Assembly: GCA_030141605.1 (NCBI GenBank)
Contig: JAQGDQ010000848.1
Coordinates: forward strand, 1 to 51,151
DNA length: 51,151 nt
Direction of reading: 5' to 3'
Source of the DNA: Tubiluchus corallicola
Lineage: Eukaryota > Animalia > Priapulida
Shown in pieces: positions 49,501 to 51,151 of the stretch. How positions within the stretch are numbered: the stretch's first letter is position 1; every line of letters starts with the position of its first letter. The position numbers and the translations under genes are program-made. Under the pieces are notes generated by a model that was not told the origin of the DNA, did not search any database, and saw only the letters and a list, made by a program, of their open reading frames with translations.

Positions 49501-51151
49501 CATGACTGCCGAAGTTATGCCATGGTTGCCATTAGGTATGTTAGATTGCCCTGTATCTTTGCTGTCCTACAGACTTACTAATCACACAACTGCTTAATTT
49601 GCAACCAGTGCTTACTAAAATTCCTGTCATCTCACACAAATACGTTTCCAACGAACCCGTTATATGCAGCACTTAGCATGATTTGGCTCTTACTACTAAC
49701 TAATATTTTCCAAATCATCCCAGAACTCGCCACGTGGAGGCGGCTGCATATGAGTTCCATAAAAAAACGCATAAAAACTAATTACAAATTGTTAATGTCT
49801 AAGATATATGCAAGTTAAAAAATTCACACAGGATCACGGGATAGTGTTTACTTGTTTAATGCATGAAGTGTAAGGTAAAAAATTGGTTACAGAAGAAATT
49901 TGACTAACCAAAATACAAACTGCAAAGCAGTCGAAAAACAACCTACTAAATGCTCGTGCAAAATCTCATTACAGTCTATAGTAAATCACATTTGCTGGCA
50001 GCCATTTGCAATGGCTGATCTGATGGGTGGAGTGGTGCCCTAGCTACCACTACATGTATTGGATTACCTCAGGCCTTAGCTATAGCAACTTGCCTAGTTA
50101 TACAGCCTTGTACCTATATTCCTGTGACAAATCTGCTAAGCAATTATTTGAGAAAACCCACTACATTTACTGGCAGCCATTTGCAGTGGCTGATCTGATG
50201 GGTGGAGTGGTGCCCCAGCTACCACTAAATGTATTGGATTATCTCAGGCCTTAGCTATAGCAACCTGCCTAGTTATACTGCCTTGTACCTATATTCCTGT
50301 GACAAATCTGCTAAGCAATTATTTGAGAAAACCCACAACATTTACTGGCAGCCATTTGCAATGGCTGATCTGATGGGTGGAGTGGTGCCCCAGCTACCAC
50401 TAAATGTATTGGATTATCTCAGGCCTTAGCTATAGCAACCTGCCTAGTTATACTGCTTGGTACCTATATTCCTGTGACAAATCTGCTAAGCAATTATTTG
50501 AGAAAACCCACTACATTTACTGGCAGCCATTTGCAGTGGCTGATCTGATGGGTGGAGTGGTGCCCCAGCTACCACTAAATGTATTGGATTATCTCAGGCC
50601 TTAGCTATAGCAACCTGCCTAGTTATACTGCCTTGTACCTATATTCCTGTGACAAATCTGCTAAGCAATTATTTGAGAAAACCCACTACATTTACTAGCA
50701 GCCATTTGCAATGGCTGATCTGATGGGTGGAGTGGTGCCCCAGCTGCCATTAAATGTATTGGATTATCCCATACCTTAGCTTTAGTAACTTGCCTAGTTA
50801 TATTGCCCTGTACCTATATTCCTGTGACAAATCTGCTAAGCAATTATTTGAGAAAACCCACTACATTTCCTGGCAGCCATTTGCAATGGCTGATCTGATG
50901 GGTGGAGTGGTGCCCCAGCTGCCATTAAATGTATTGGATTATCCCATACCTTAGCTTTAGTAACTTGCCTAGTTATATTGCCCTGTACCTATATTCCTGT
51001 GACAAATCTGGTAAGCAATTATTTGAGAAAACCCACTACATTTACTGGCAGCCATTTGCAATGGCTGATCTGATGGGTGGAGTGGTGCCCCAGCTGCCAT
51101 TAAATGTATTGGATTACCTCAGGCCATAGCTATAGCAACTTGTTTAATTAT
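43590..51151. repeat. Composite satellite: ~840-bp spacer plus 175-bp monomer arrays. Arrays 44348-46495 (~12 copies), 47336-49150 (~10), 49989-end (more than 6). Spacers ~43590-44347, 46496-47335, 49151-49988
   Basis: ORF track recurs at multiples of 175 bp. Near-identical spacer ORFs at 43879 and 46867 give a period of 2988; the next period is about 2653. Confidence 0.97.

Noticed and set aside
44348-51151. CRISPR-like array or tandem gene family
   Set aside because: Monomers are similar over their full length with no unique spacers, no cas genes are present, the context is eukaryotic, and the ORFs are interrupted by stops in many copies.

Overview
AT-rich, intron-rich animal genomic DNA. 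The 5S-derived sequences suggest a lophotrochozoan invertebrate (inference). No prokaryotic features or CRISPR. Two spliced protein genes lie on the + strand. (1) A LIV-1 family zinc transporter of the ZIP12/ZIP4 type: 11 exons traced with consistent splice phases from 1253 to the stop at 16895; the N-terminus is not resolved. (2) A C2-less copine-type vWA protein with an apparent N-terminal membrane anchor: exons 27875-28039 and 38501-39354; the start codon is not resolved. Introns and intergenic DNA are dense with mobile DNA: two TSD-flanked copies of a full-length 5S rRNA-headed SINE, a tRNA-headed SINE, two TTAA piggyBac-type MITEs, Helitron-type non-autonomous elements, two related solo-LTR-like sequences and many LINE fragments with microsatellite tails. 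There are also several orphan, decayed coding fragments. The last ~9 kb is a composite higher-order satellite: runs of 175-bp monomers separated by ~840-bp spacers that themselves contain old monomers. All protein family calls come from motif recognition by eye, not database searches.
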